Numbered from the stretch's first letter, positions 37,051 to 47,534 are shown. The stretch: DNA of 64,000 nt from Candidatus Latescibacterota bacterium (GCA_965215195.1 CBDCDC010000002.1:288001-352000), one strand, 5' to 3'. The notes: generated from the letters alone by a model not told the origin. Made by a program: numbers and translations.

Positions 37051-38112
37051 AGTACACGACAGTAAAATGGGTTCATATTGTCGGTTGATTTTAGGTTGGT
37101 CTCGTGCTTGGTGTATGATCTGTGTGAGTTGGTCTACTCCTCGTCGAAAGAGGCTTATAGCTCTTCGTCCATGTTTTTTTATTGGGATGGGTTTTCTTTG
37201 ATGGAGTTGCTGTCCTACTAGCAGGGCCCACAGCAGCGTCCATGCCAGCAGTCCCAGCAGTAACTGTATGCGTTGAGGATGGGTCATGTGGGTATCTTCG
37301 AGATGAAATCCTCTCGATTTCAAACAAGCAAACGTCGTCTCAATCGCCCAGCGCTGTCCATAGAGCGCCAGTACCTGTTGGAGGTCGGTTCGGTTGGTAA
37401 TCAGCAGGATGCGTTCGCCGCGGGCGGGGCGGTGGCACACCAGATTCAGCGTCAGGCCGCTATAGAGGGTCGTCTGTGGATAGTATCGGGTGGAGCCTCG
37501 GGGCATCCGTTCATTAAAGGTGGCCGCATAGCGCCGCCGACCATCGTCGAGCGTAAGCGAGGTATGGCCGCTCAGGCGGATGACAAAATCGACCGGCTGC
37601 TCCAACAAAAAGGCAAACCACTCTCGACCGATAAACTCGCGGTCGGCGACTAAACAACAGACGCTGGCATCCAGATAGGTCCATACTTGGGTCAGCAGGT
37701 GTTTCCGTGCGTCGGTATGGGAGTTGCCCGGCTTTTGTAACGACTGATAGGCCAACGGAATAGACACCCCTTGGTAGACTAAGCCGACACATAACAGATT
37801 CAGATCGGTGCGACCCAACTGCCAATGGGTTCGATCCATGACCAATACCTGGGGCTGGCCGGGGCCCACGAGCTTGGAGACGATCAACTCGGTAAACACC
37901 GCCGGGGAGAATGCGCTGCTGAAAAAACGCTGGAGGCGGCGATAGTGACTATCTATTTGCGCCATGCCGGGCAGACTACACGCCAGTTTTCTCAGATTGA
38001 CCGAACGCACTTGCATCAGCGCACACACCAAGCCACTAATCAGGTCAATACGGTGGCGCGTGAGGGATACGGACCCTTGCATGAGGGCTTGCTTTAGCCT
38101 ATGAATAAGCAT
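37048..38112 (-). mobile_element. IS4-family transposase; right end CTAAGTACACGACA present, left end apparently lost
   Basis: SHYRRLQRFF, MDRTHW, VADREFIG, YGQRWAIETTFACLKSRGFHLEDTH, C-terminal LSCT*. Confidence 0.88.
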
Positions 38113-38165
38113 GGTACAGTTCCTGTATTTAAGATTTAGATGCAATCTGGACGATTACAAATAAA

Positions 38166-39323
38166 GGAACCTCTGATCAAGTCAGCTTTTGTAGCTAAAC
38201 AGAAGCATCGGAGTGTTATATTTACTTACGAATGGGAAAAGGGCACTCTTTCAGGGATGGTTTCTACCCGTTCCTCGTCCCGATCACAGATCGGGACGGA
38301 CTGCTCCCTACCTCGCGGCCAAGGCGCTACGCGCCAGATAGAAATTAGCCAGGGCAAACAAGGTAAAGACTTGGGCGGCGTTTTTGGCTAACCCTCGGTA
38401 GCGCACCTTGCGATAGCCCCACAGGTGTTTGATGACCCCAAAGGGATGTTCGACCCGGGCTCGGACGCGGTTGCTCTTTTGGTTAAACGAGTGATCGGCA
38501 CAGGTCAGTTTCCGGCTGCGGCTGGCTTTGCGAAGCACCCGCCACTCAATACCATCCGATTCGGCGGCGTCTTTGCGTTCGGCACTCGCATAGGCTTTGT
38601 CGCCATAGATCACCTGTTCTTCGCCGTGTAAACAGTCGTCCATCACTTCCGAATCATGCACCGAGGCTGGGGTCACCACGACGCTATGCACACGCCCCTG
38701 CCGATCACTGCCCACATGCGCTTTGAGGCCAAAATACCACGTCGTCCCTTTCTTCGTATGCGCCATCTCCGGGTCTCGTGCTTGGTCCCGGTTCTTCGTC
38801 GAAGCCGGCGCGTGAAGGATCGTCGCGTCCACCATCGTGCCTTCGCTGAGTAGCATACCCCGCTCCGACAAATACGGCGCGGTGCATCGAAACAGGGCTT
38901 CCGTCAAACGATGCTTTTCTAAGAAGTGGCGGAACTTGCAGATCGTCGTCTCATCCGGAATGCTATCCAACGTCACACCCGCAAAGCGGCGCATCGATTC
39001 GACATCATACAGACTGTCCTCCATCGCCGGATCACTCAAGCCATACCATTGCTGCATGAAATAGATGCGTACCATCACCTCGGCGGGGATCGGACGACGG
39101 CCCTTCCCCGGTTTGGGATACTTCCTCAGAATGGGTTGGAGCAGGTACTCCCACGGTAACAGGTCATTCATCTCCGACAGAAAGCGTTCTTTGCGGGTGG
39201 TTTTCTTCTTGTAAGTGTAGGCTTCATCGGAAAAACTGAGTTGAGGCATCGCAATATGTCTCCTTTTTCCTTATAGTATGGCCGCCCAAGGAAAAACTCG
39301 CAAGAGACTTAATCAGAGATTCC
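38166..39323 (-). mobile_element. IS5-family insertion sequence (transposase 38308-39249)
   Basis: TIRs GGAACCTCTGATCAAGTC / GACTTAATCAGAGATTCC (16/18). Motifs QQWYGLSD, PDETTI, VDATI, GDKAY, RARVEHPF. No target duplication seen. Confidence 0.9.
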
Positions 39324-39850
39324 CTGAATATAAAATCCATTTGAGCGAAGCCGAAGAAAAGCTTACTATGGCAACGATAAGAGGCGAGTTTGAGCATGGC
39401 CAACTCGCGGTTAACCATGTATTTGATCGCCAAAAAAGAAAAATAAGACTTGATGGTTTAATCGATAAAGATGGAGCGATCATCGTAATTGTGGAGCCAG
39501 GCTATTGTAGTTCCTGGTATGAGGAAACTTTGGGCTTCTGGAATGATGTGAAAGTGGATGCGGCGGATATCGAGATTAAGCCTGTCTTCGTAGCCATCAA
39601 CCCCCCCAAATTTTCCATGCGTGAACTGCAATTGTTCAGAAAAACATATCTCTCTAACAACGAAATATATACACTACCGCTGGCGAGTGCGCCAGACAGA
39701 ATCAAGCTCTTAACCAAACACAAAATCGCAAAAATCCTGATATTGTTTGTTGTCAATTATTCGTTCGTAGTTGAAGCATTTTCACTTAATAAATTTGATA
39801 AGCAAGATCACGAATCTTTCCTTGAAATGGTGGAGATGTATTTTCAGCTA
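39324..39850 (+). pseudogene. AT-rich fragment of an unknown gene between IS ends
   Basis: Open frame of ORF 39278-39865, whose start lies in IS5 and whose end lies in an IS4 end. Confidence 0.4.
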
Positions 39851-40025
39851 AGTACACGACAGTAAAATGGGTTCATATTGTCGGGCGTATTTAGGTTGCT
39901 CGCGTGCTTGGTGTATGATCTGGGTGAGTTGGTCTAATCCTCGTCGAAAGAGGCTTATGGCTCTGCGTCCATGTTTTTTTATGGGGCTGGGTTTTCTTTG
40001 ATGCACCTGCTGGCCGACCAGCAGG
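39848..40025 (-). mobile_element. Second, diverged IS4 right-end fragment
   Basis: Near-copy of about 37048-37225 (CTAAGTACACGACAGTAAAATGGG...) with scattered substitutions. Confidence 0.85.
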
Positions 40026-40030
40026 CCGTC

Positions 40031-40448
40031 GTGGCCGTGATGGGTTTTGCCATGGTGGGCAAGACCCTGTGGACTTTGCGCGGGGTTAAGTACGCGGGCG
40101 ACGACGGAGGGCTACCCGAGGGGCGCGGCGACCTCCTCATCCCCCTCGCCTTGGGCATCTGGGCGGTGAGCACGCTCGGCTTCGTGGTCTTGGTGTGGTA
40201 TTTGGTGCCGGAATTTCCCTGGTGGGTCAGCGCGTTCTTCGGCTTTGTGTGGACGCCGATTTACTCGAAGCTGTTTCAAAACTAGCGTCGGGTCGCATCA
40301 AGGATCGTCAAGTGCCTTCGCATGGAGCGTTTTTCATAGGGCGAGACGCTTTTGAGCCGACGCTTTTTCTTCACACAAGGAACCGAATCCGGAGTTTTGG
40401 GACCACTTCTCGTACATCGGGGGGCGCATGATCTGACCGGCTCGCCGC
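40031..40448 (+). pseudogene. Inverted near-identical fragment of the OPT-like gene (about 14257-14534), interrupted by a MITE
   Basis: Encodes VAVMGFAMVGKTLWTLRGVK...FGFVWTPIYS|YIG. About 7 substitutions and a 4-bp deletion relative to the intact gene. Confidence 0.9.
40267..40409. mobile_element. 143-bp MITE with imperfect TIRs
   Basis: GAAGCTGTTTCAAAACT ... AGTTTTGGGACCACTTC, inserted in TTACTC|GTACATC of the OPT fragment with a TC duplication. Confidence 0.75.
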
Positions 40449-40681
40449 GGGCCTCCCTCTGGTCAAAGAGCAGCTACGCAAGGCGCGGCAACGGGCCGGA
40501 CTAGCTCCCCCAACTCGCGGGCCTCGCGCCGACGGGTCAACCTACGACCTCGCCGATTTTTTTAGTCCCCTTTTCTCCCCCAACAGACCACCACCAACAC
40601 AATCCTTGCCGTCCCGCGGGCGCGGATTACCATAAGGGACGCGGCAAGGGGCACGGACCAAAGTTACCACGCAGAGAGGCT

Positions 40682-40792
40682 CTGCGGTCCTGCCACTGAT
40701 TTTTTGCCTGCGAAGACAGAAATAGCCTGCTGCGTCCGCTCTTGGTCCTCATAGTCCTGCGGTCCTGCCACTGATTTTTTGCCTGCGAAGAC
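40682..40792. repeat. Two perfect 36-bp direct repeats with a 39-bp spacer
   Basis: CTGCGGTCCTGCCACTGATTTTTTGCCTGCGAAGAC at 40682-40717 and 40757-40792. Confidence 0.9.
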
Positions 40793-40793
40793 C

Positions 40794-43130
40794 CTAGTAG
40801 GCTACGGAAATGAGCGCTTGCGCTTTCTCGTCGCCCGCGTCGCCCGCGACGAGAACTTCGAGCACGTACAAGCCCGGGGCCACGCGCTCGCCGCGGCTGT
40901 CGCGGCCATCCCAGATGATTTCTTGTGGGCCGGCGCGGCTGTCTTGGCTGCGGTCGTACAGCGGGCGACCGGCGAGGTCGTACAGGCGCAGGCGCAGGGG
41001 GCGCGGTGCCAGCACATTGACTAGCGAGACCTCCAGCGTCAGTTCGTCGTTGATCCCGTCGCCGTTGGGGGTAATTGCCTTGGACGAGAGGGATATATTG
41101 GCGAGTAGGTCCCGAGAGACCGGCAGGCTGACGATGTTGGTGTTGCTCTCGATTTGGTCGGTGGCGTCGCCCGGGTCCACCCGCTGGCGCACACTCTCGT
41201 CTTGGCGGCTGTCCTGCAAAAAGACGTCGAAGCGCGTCGATTGCCGGAATACGGAAGATTCAAATTTTAGCTCGATGAGCTGGTCGGTGCGGATGCGGTT
41301 GGGCAGATGGACTAGGAAACCGCTTGCAGTGGTATCTATCTGCGCGTCGAGCGCGGCCCCGTTGCGCGAGACGCCCACAAAATGCACGGGCGCGGCCGAC
41401 TCCACGGCGAGGCGGTCAAAGCCAATAGCGTTTTCCGGCCGCAAGTAATAAGTAAATTCCGTCAGCATGCCCGGCAGGGCCTGCTGCGGAGCAATCTCGC
41501 CCAGTACTCGGGCGGCGAGAGGTTGGGTAAAATTGACGGCCAAGTGGCCGAGGGAAGCGCCCACCGCGGGCGAATTAGAGATCATGCGCACGTCGAATTC
41601 GAGGTAGCGGCGCGGCGAGGGCGAGAGAAATGCCTCGCCCGAGAAGCTGTAAATGCGGCTCCACGCGCTCCAATCGCCGCCTGCGGCGAGGGTGGTGTCA
41701 ATGGGGCCTTTGAAACTGGGAATGAGCCTGTTGTACTTCCGCTCGGTGACGATCTTGCCGTTTTTGTCGCGGTACGTGTACGTCTCAATGACCTCATTGC
41801 CAGTGCGGGTGCGGAGTTCGATGCGCGTACCGGGCGGTTCGTCGCCGCTCCACTCGATGGAGTTGAGGTTCTTGCCTGCGCCCAAGTCGATTAGGGGCGA
41901 GCGGAAGCCGACCTCCGATGGGAAACCCTCGCCAAAAATCTGGATCTCGTCCGTGGTGCCGCCGGCCCCGCAGCCCGGGATCTTGCTTGTACCGCCCACC
42001 TCTCCGAGCCGCTGAAGGGAGAAGCAACTAGTGTCCCAGTACTTCCAGAAGATGCGGACGAAGCGCGTCGGCACTAGGTCGAAGTGATGATCGACTAGGC
42101 CCTTGGAGGTCTGACTCCCAGGCGAGGCCCCTGAAAAGTGCTTGGTCCACAGGCGGGTGCCATCGGGCGACAGCGAGCCGTCCGAGGTCATAAACTCGTA
42201 GAAGCGAAAGTCCCAGCGCCGGGGTGAGACGTAGTGGCGGGTAGTAATGCCGCCGCCAAACCCGGAGCGCACCACCACGCCGCCGATAATCCGCGTTTGA
42301 TCGACCCAGTAAACCGCGCCCAAGTCGAGGATCATGTGGGCGAGGATGTCGGTGAGGCCCCTAGAGGCCGTGCCAGCACGCCAGCGCTCGTACAAGTCGC
42401 CGTCGAACAAAGCCCGCGCCTTGCCCAAAGGCTGCTGGTCGTTACTGGCGAGATTGATGTTGATATCGACCGACCCGCCGCGCTCCAACAGCCCGAGGGC
42501 GATATTGTCGCCGATGGTCTCGACCTCGACCTCGGCGAGGCGGGCAGCGGGCACTAGGAGCAGCGGCTCAAAGCGGATGAATTGAATCGGCTCTTCGTCG
42601 ATTTTTTCTATTTGGTACGTCACCCGATGGTGGCTGTTTTCCTTGAAGCGCTCTTTGACGCGATAGACCAAAGAGCCTTCAATAGGTGCGGCGATAAAGT
42701 CGGTCTCGGGCTCGCCGGTCGAGAGCAAGAGGTCGAACAGCGCAAAGGGCGGTGCCTCTGCATCGAAGACCAAAGTAACGCTGTGAGCCGAGACCGCGCG
42801 GCCCAAGTCGATCTCGATAAACCAGTCTTCGGGATCGTCCTCTGGGTCGGGGGCCCAGCCGGTCGCCGGGTTGCCGTCGATGACGAAGCGGGCAGCGGCG
42901 CGATTGGACCCGGCGTTGCGGATGCCGCCGCCGAATTCGTCCAAATCGCGCACGGCGTCGGTTCCTTTCTCAATCCGGGTTGGCTGGATCACGCCCGACG
43001 GCGTCAATTCCACCGCGCCCAAGGGCAGATTCCATTGCCGCCAGTCGCGCGCCGAGTCGTAGCGCAACTGATCGGCCGCTAGCGGATAGCTGCTCAAGAC
43101 TAAGGCGGCGAGGGCCATGCGAAAATTCAT
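40794..43130 (-). CDS. Secreted discoidin-like + FlgD-Ig protein (paralogue B2)
   Basis: Clear paralogue of 29254-31623 (FGGGIR, IDLGR, IGDNIALG, SPSPRRY, ITPNGDGIND), ends ISVAY. Confidence 0.78.
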   Translation of the reverse strand: MNFRMALAALVLSSYPLAADQLRYDSARDWRQWNLPLGAVELTPSGVIQPTRIEKGTDAVRDLDEFGGGIRNAGSNRAAARFVIDGNPATGWAPDPEDDPEDWFIEIDLGRAVSAHSVTLVFDAEAPPFALFDLLLSTGEPETDFIAAPIEGSLVYRVKERFKENSHHRVTYQIEKIDEEPIQFIRFEPLLLVPAARLAEVEVETIGDNIALGLLERGGSVDININLASNDQQPLGKARALFDGDLYERWRAGTASRGLTDILAHMILDLGAVYWVDQTRIIGGVVVRSGFGGGITTRHYVSPRRWDFRFYEFMTSDGSLSPDGTRLWTKHFSGASPGSQTSKGLVDHHFDLVPTRFVRIFWKYWDTSCFSLQRLGEVGGTSKIPGCGAGGTTDEIQIFGEGFPSEVGFRSPLIDLGAGKNLNSIEWSGDEPPGTRIELRTRTGNEVIETYTYRDKNGKIVTERKYNRLIPSFKGPIDTTLAAGGDWSAWSRIYSFSGEAFLSPSPRRYLEFDVRMISNSPAVGASLGHLAVNFTQPLAARVLGEIAPQQALPGMLTEFTYYLRPENAIGFDRLAVESAAPVHFVGVSRNGAALDAQIDTTASGFLVHLPNRIRTDQLIELKFESSVFRQSTRFDVFLQDSRQDESVRQRVDPGDATDQIESNTNIVSLPVSRDLLANISLSSKAITPNGDGINDELTLEVSLVNVLAPRPLRLRLYDLAGRPLYDRSQDSRAGPQEIIWDGRDSRGERVAPGLYVLEVLVAGDAGDEKAQALISVAY

Positions 43131-43305
43131 AGAAGCCTTCCTTTGCGCATGTATTGCAGGTAGGGAATAACGAGCGTTATTCCCTAAAAATACCCGCGCC
43201 GCGAAACAAGGCAAATGGGCTGGCCGCGGGTTGAAGCGGAACTCCCGCTCTGTTTGTATCTTACCTTACCAACAACCCAAACCAAGTCTTTTCTGGAGAT
43301 TTTCT

Positions 43306-44217
43306 ATGATCGGTCGAATTGCCCTCTGTGCGCTGATCGCCCTGCCGGTTGGTGCCCAGCACGAGAAAGTCGAGCGGATCGTCAGCCTGCCCACGGGTTG
43401 GCCCACCGCCATGGTCCTAGTGCCGGCCGGGTCTTTTCCCCGGGGCATGGAAGGCGAAGCCTTTGACGAGCAGCCCGTGCGCAAAATTTACCTCGACGCG
43501 TACCTGATCGACAAATACGAAGTCACAGTAGCGCAATGGGGAGAGTACCAACGCGACACAGGTGCGCTGATCCCGGAGTGGACCTTACAGAATACGGCTG
43601 CGCGGCAAAACCACCCCATTACGCTGGTGACGTGGCACGACGCTGCGGCCTTTTGCGGGTGGGCTGGCAAGCGACTGCCCACGGAAGCCGAGTGGGAGCG
43701 CGCCGCCCGCTGCGACGACGGCCGCAAGTATCCTTGGGGCGACGGACTCGACGCCTTTCGCGCCAATTACTTCCAGAGCGACGACCCGTTTGAGCGCGGC
43801 TTCGGGGCCATCCTCAGCACCAACCCGGTCGGCTTTTTCGATGGTTCCAATAGGGACGGCTACCAAACGCGAGACGGCTCTAGTCCCTTTGGGGCCTACG
43901 ACATGGTGGGCAATGTCTTTGAGTGGACCAACGACTGGTACCATCCGAACTACTATGCCGTTGGACCAGACGTCAATCCCCAAGGCCCGGACGAGGGCGT
44001 CGTCAAGGCCGTGCGCGGCGGCTCGTACGCGGTTGACGCCAGCCACGTGCGGCCCACGTACCGAGCGCGGGACGCACCTGACTTCAAAGGCCCGGACGTG
44101 GGGTTTCGCTGCTCGGCCAGCGCCGACCTAGACGCGGGCACCATGCTGCGCCGCGAGACCTGGGGCGTGGTAAAGAGTGCCTCGCTACGCTGGCCCAAAG
44201 GAGGGGACGATGAATAA
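43306..44217 (+). CDS. FGE-sulfatase (SUMF1) domain secreted protein with TWGVVK tail
   Basis: YEVT, RLPTEAEWERAAR, YDMVGNVFEWTNDWY, RGGS, GFRC, C-terminal ETWGVVKS. Confidence 0.88.
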   Translation: MIGRIALCALIALPVGAQHEKVERIVSLPTGWPTAMVLVPAGSFPRGMEGEAFDEQPVRKIYLDAYLIDKYEVTVAQWGEYQRDTGALIPEWTLQNTAARQNHPITLVTWHDAAAFCGWAGKRLPTEAEWERAARCDDGRKYPWGDGLDAFRANYFQSDDPFERGFGAILSTNPVGFFDGSNRDGYQTRDGSSPFGAYDMVGNVFEWTNDWYHPNYYAVGPDVNPQGPDEGVVKAVRGGSYAVDASHVRPTYRARDAPDFKGPDVGFRCSASADLDAGTMLRRETWGVVKSASLRWPKGGDDE

Positions 44218-45811
44218 GTTGAGAGTAGTAGTCGCGCTGGCTTTGCTCGCCAGTGCCGCGAGCGCACCGGCACAGGAAGGCGACTTGCGGCAGCGCTTTG
44301 GCCTCCAGCCGCTGCCGCCAGTGCCCTATCCCGAGAACAATTCCTACAATCCCGACCGCGTCGAACTGGGCCGCCTGCTGTTCTTCGACCCCATTCTCAG
44401 CGGCGAGAAGGACACGGCCTGCGGCACCTGTCACCTGCCGACCTTTGGCCTGGCCGATGGCCTACCGCTCGCGGTGGGCGTCGGGGGCCGGGGCTTGGGG
44501 CCGGGGCGGGTGCCTGGGGTTTCGGCGATTACCGGAGATACCATCATTACCGAGCCGCGGCACACCATGACGCTCTTTAACGTCGGCTACAATGGCGACG
44601 AGTCCGGGCTGCCCTCGCCCAAGGGCTTCATGCTGTGGGACGGCAAGGATCGCGGCTTGGAGGCCCAAGCGCTGCGGCCGCTCATCGTGCGCGTGGAGCT
44701 GCGCGGCGACGCCTATGAGCGCGAGATGGCCGTTGACAGCGTGTTGGCGCGGCTGCGGGGGATTCCCGAGTACGTGGCCCTGTTCGAGCAAGCCTTTCCG
44801 GCCGAAGCCGACTCCGTGGCCCGACAACTGCCGCGCCTCGGCTGCGTGCACGACCCGACGCCCTTGCAGTCGGTCATTACGCGCTCGACCTTTGGCCGGG
44901 CCATTGCCGCGTTTGAGCGCGAGCAGAATACGGTCAACACCCCCTACGACGCTTACGTGGCCGGCGACGACGAGGCCCTGACGTCAGCGCAAAAGCGCGG
45001 GCTTGAACTCTTCCACACCGAGGCGCGCTGCGCCAACTGCCACAGCGGCCCGCTGTTTACGGATTCGACCTTTCGCGTCCAAGGGGTTGAGCAGATTGGG
45101 CCGGGCCGGGCGTCAGCTACGACCAATACCGGCACTCCGCGTCCCACCGGCAAAGACGAGGGCCGCTTTCTCAACTCGGGCAACCGCAGCGACATCGGTG
45201 CTTTCCGCGTGGTGGGCTTGCGCCAAGTCGCGCAGACGGCCCCCTACATGCACGACGGCGCGTTGGCCACGCTGGAGGATGTCATCGAGTTCTACGATCG
45301 CGGCGGCGGCGACGAAGCCACCATTGACCGCGAGAACATCGACCCCGAACTGGTGCCGCTGGGCCTGAGTGCCGAGCAAAAGCAAGACCTGCTGGCCTTC
45401 ATGCACGCCCTGACCGATTCGACGATAGCGGTTCACGTGCCCGCACGAGTGCCCAGCGGGTTGCGGCCAGCCGGCCTCGAATTGGCGGCCGCGGCCGGGC
45501 TCGTGGTCCCGGTTCCCGCGCCGGCGGCCCGACCTGTGACCGTGCGGGTGTTCAATTTTCCCAACCCCTTCAACGCCTCAACCTCGATCTCAGTGGCACT
45601 GCCGGCGGCCGGTGAAGTCGATATCGAGGTGTACAATATCTTGGGGCAGACCGTGCGGCGGCTCTTTAGGGGATACCGGCCAGCCGGCGTCTATCAGCTA
45701 GCGTGGGATGGACGCGACGAGAGCGGGCGAGCGGCCGCCAGCGGAGTATATCTCGTCTCGGCGCAGATGGGGGGCGAGCGCCACCTAGCGCGGATGACCC
45801 TCGTGCGCTAA
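44210..45811 (+). CDS. Di-heme cytochrome c peroxidase/MauG family protein with FlgD/T9SS-A-like C-terminal domain
   Basis: LGRLLFFDP, CGTCH, CANCH, TAPYMHDG. Tail FPNPFN...YNILGQ...WDGRD...SGVY...MTLVR. Confidence 0.88.
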   Translation: MNKLRVVVALALLASAASAPAQEGDLRQRFGLQPLPPVPYPENNSYNPDRVELGRLLFFDPILSGEKDTACGTCHLPTFGLADGLPLAVGVGGRGLGPGRVPGVSAITGDTIITEPRHTMTLFNVGYNGDESGLPSPKGFMLWDGKDRGLEAQALRPLIVRVELRGDAYEREMAVDSVLARLRGIPEYVALFEQAFPAEADSVARQLPRLGCVHDPTPLQSVITRSTFGRAIAAFEREQNTVNTPYDAYVAGDDEALTSAQKRGLELFHTEARCANCHSGPLFTDSTFRVQGVEQIGPGRASATTNTGTPRPTGKDEGRFLNSGNRSDIGAFRVVGLRQVAQTAPYMHDGALATLEDVIEFYDRGGGDEATIDRENIDPELVPLGLSAEQKQDLLAFMHALTDSTIAVHVPARVPSGLRPAGLELAAAAGLVVPVPAPAARPVTVRVFNFPNPFNASTSISVALPAAGEVDIEVYNILGQTVRRLFRGYRPAGVYQLAWDGRDESGRAAASGVYLVSAQMGGERHLARMTLVR

Positions 45812-45812
45812 A

Positions 45813-47277
45813 GTGCAGCGGCAGATTCTTACCCCTGCGTACGCGGGGGCGCTCGCCGCCCTGCTGCTGTGGGGATGCGGCCGCGAGCCTGATTCTCCCG
45901 CCGATCCGCCTCCGCGCCGGCAAGGTCGGACGGCGGTCCGATTCGCCGATGTCACCGCGGCCGCCGGCATCCACTTTAAGCATACCAGCGGTCTTTCCGG
46001 GCGGAAGTACGGGGTGGAAGCCCTCGGCTCGGGAGCGGCCTTTTTCGATTACAACGGCGACGGGCACATGGACCTCTACGTGGTCAACGGGGCCGACCTG
46101 CCCGGCCATTCATCGCCCCAGCCGCCCGGCAATGCGCTCTACCGCAACCGAGCAGACGGGCGCTTCGTCGAAACCGAGGCCGGGGTTGCCGATAGCGGCT
46201 ATGGCATGGGCTGTAGCGCGGGGGATTACGACAACGACGGGGACGCCGATCTCTTCGTGGCCAATTTTGGCCCCAACGCGCTCTATCGCAACGAAGGCGA
46301 TCGCTTCACCGACGCCGCAGCTATCCCAGGCAACGACAGTAGTTGGTCAACCGGCTCGGCCTTTGTCGATTGCGACTTAGACGGCGATCTAGACCTCTAC
46401 GTCGCCAATTATCTCGATTACCAGTTTGAAACCGATCCCCTCGACGAAAACGGTCGCCTGAAGAAAGATAGACGCCACTACGCCCCCACTGAATACCCCG
46501 GCCAGCGCGATTTCCTCTATCGCAATGAGGCCAACGGTCGCTTCGTCGATGTCACCGCAGAAGCCGGGCTTTTAAGCCGCAAAGGGCGCGAGTTGGGCGT
46601 CGTCTTTTTCGACTGGGATGGCGATGGCGATCCCGACCTGTTCCAAGCCAACGACGCCACGCCCAATTTCCTCTACCGCAACGACGGGGACGGCTCGTTC
46701 AGGGAAATCGGCTTGGCGGCTGGCGCGGCCTACAACGAGGCGGGCAAGCCCGAAGGAGGCATGGGCACCGACATTGCCGATACCGACGGCGACGGCCACT
46801 TGGAGATTGTGGTGACCAATTTTCAGTGGGAGAGCAATACCCTCTACCAAAGCACGGGGGGCGGCTTATGGCGCGATCGCTCCACCGCTTCGGGGCTGGG
46901 GGGCCCTAGCTTCGACCGCTTGGCTTTCGGGGTTAATTTCTTCGATTTTGACCGCGATGGCGACCCGGATCTCTACGTGGCCAACGGCCATATCGACGAC
47001 AACATCGCCGATTTCGATCCCGAGGTTTCGCATGGCCAGCGCGACCAGCTTTTCCTCAACGACGGCCAAGGGCGCTTCGCCGAAATCTCCGAGCAAGCCG
47101 GTCCTTTTTTTCAGCGCACCATGGTGGGGCGCGGTGCGGCTACGGCCGACTACGACAACGACGGCGACGGCGATCTCTTCGTAGTCAACAGCAATCAGCC
47201 CGCCGTGCTGCTGCGCAACGATACGGCGTCGGAAAACCACTATCTCGCCCTGCGCTTGATCGGCACCCATAGCAACC
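45813..47277 (+). pseudogene. CRTAC1/FG-GAP lipoprotein truncated before its ASPIC/UnbV domain
   Basis: Many DxDxDGxxD repeats. Similarity to the paralogues stops at LRLIGTHSN, where a DUF6784 fragment begins. Confidence 0.78.
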
Positions 47278-47476
47278 CATCACCTTTGGCTGGTTGTCCA
47301 TCCTGCTGGCTTGGTTGTGCAAGGCGGCGATTCTGCGCTATGGGGGGGTGCGGCTCTACCGGACGATGAGGCCCTTCTTTTTGGGCCTAGCGCTGGGCGA
47401 GTTTTCCGCTTCTGCACTCTGGGTTTTTATTGACGGAGCATTCGGGGTAGAGGGCAATATGATTTTCGTATTTTGA
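47276..47476 (+). pseudogene. C-terminal fragment of a second DUF6785/DUF6784 gene
   Basis: WLSILLAWLCKAAILRYGGVRLYRTMRPFFLGLALGEF, homologous to the C-terminus of 15572-17482. Confidence 0.75.
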
Positions 47477-47534
47477 GGGCTATGTGGTAAGGGCGTCCTA
47501 CGTACCCACAGAAGGGGTCGCGTAGTAAATTCTG

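Noticed and set aside
40682-40792. Bona fide CRISPR array
   Set aside because: Only two repeats, no cas genes and no typical terminal motif. Kept as a repeat only.
9867-44217. Diversity-generating retroelement (RT + FGE/CLec target + duplicated fragments)
   Set aside because: The RT has retron regions X/Y, a TOPRIM fusion and its own msr-msd. No avd and no template repeat of the FGE gene 3' end were seen. The OPT duplicate has non-adenine changes.
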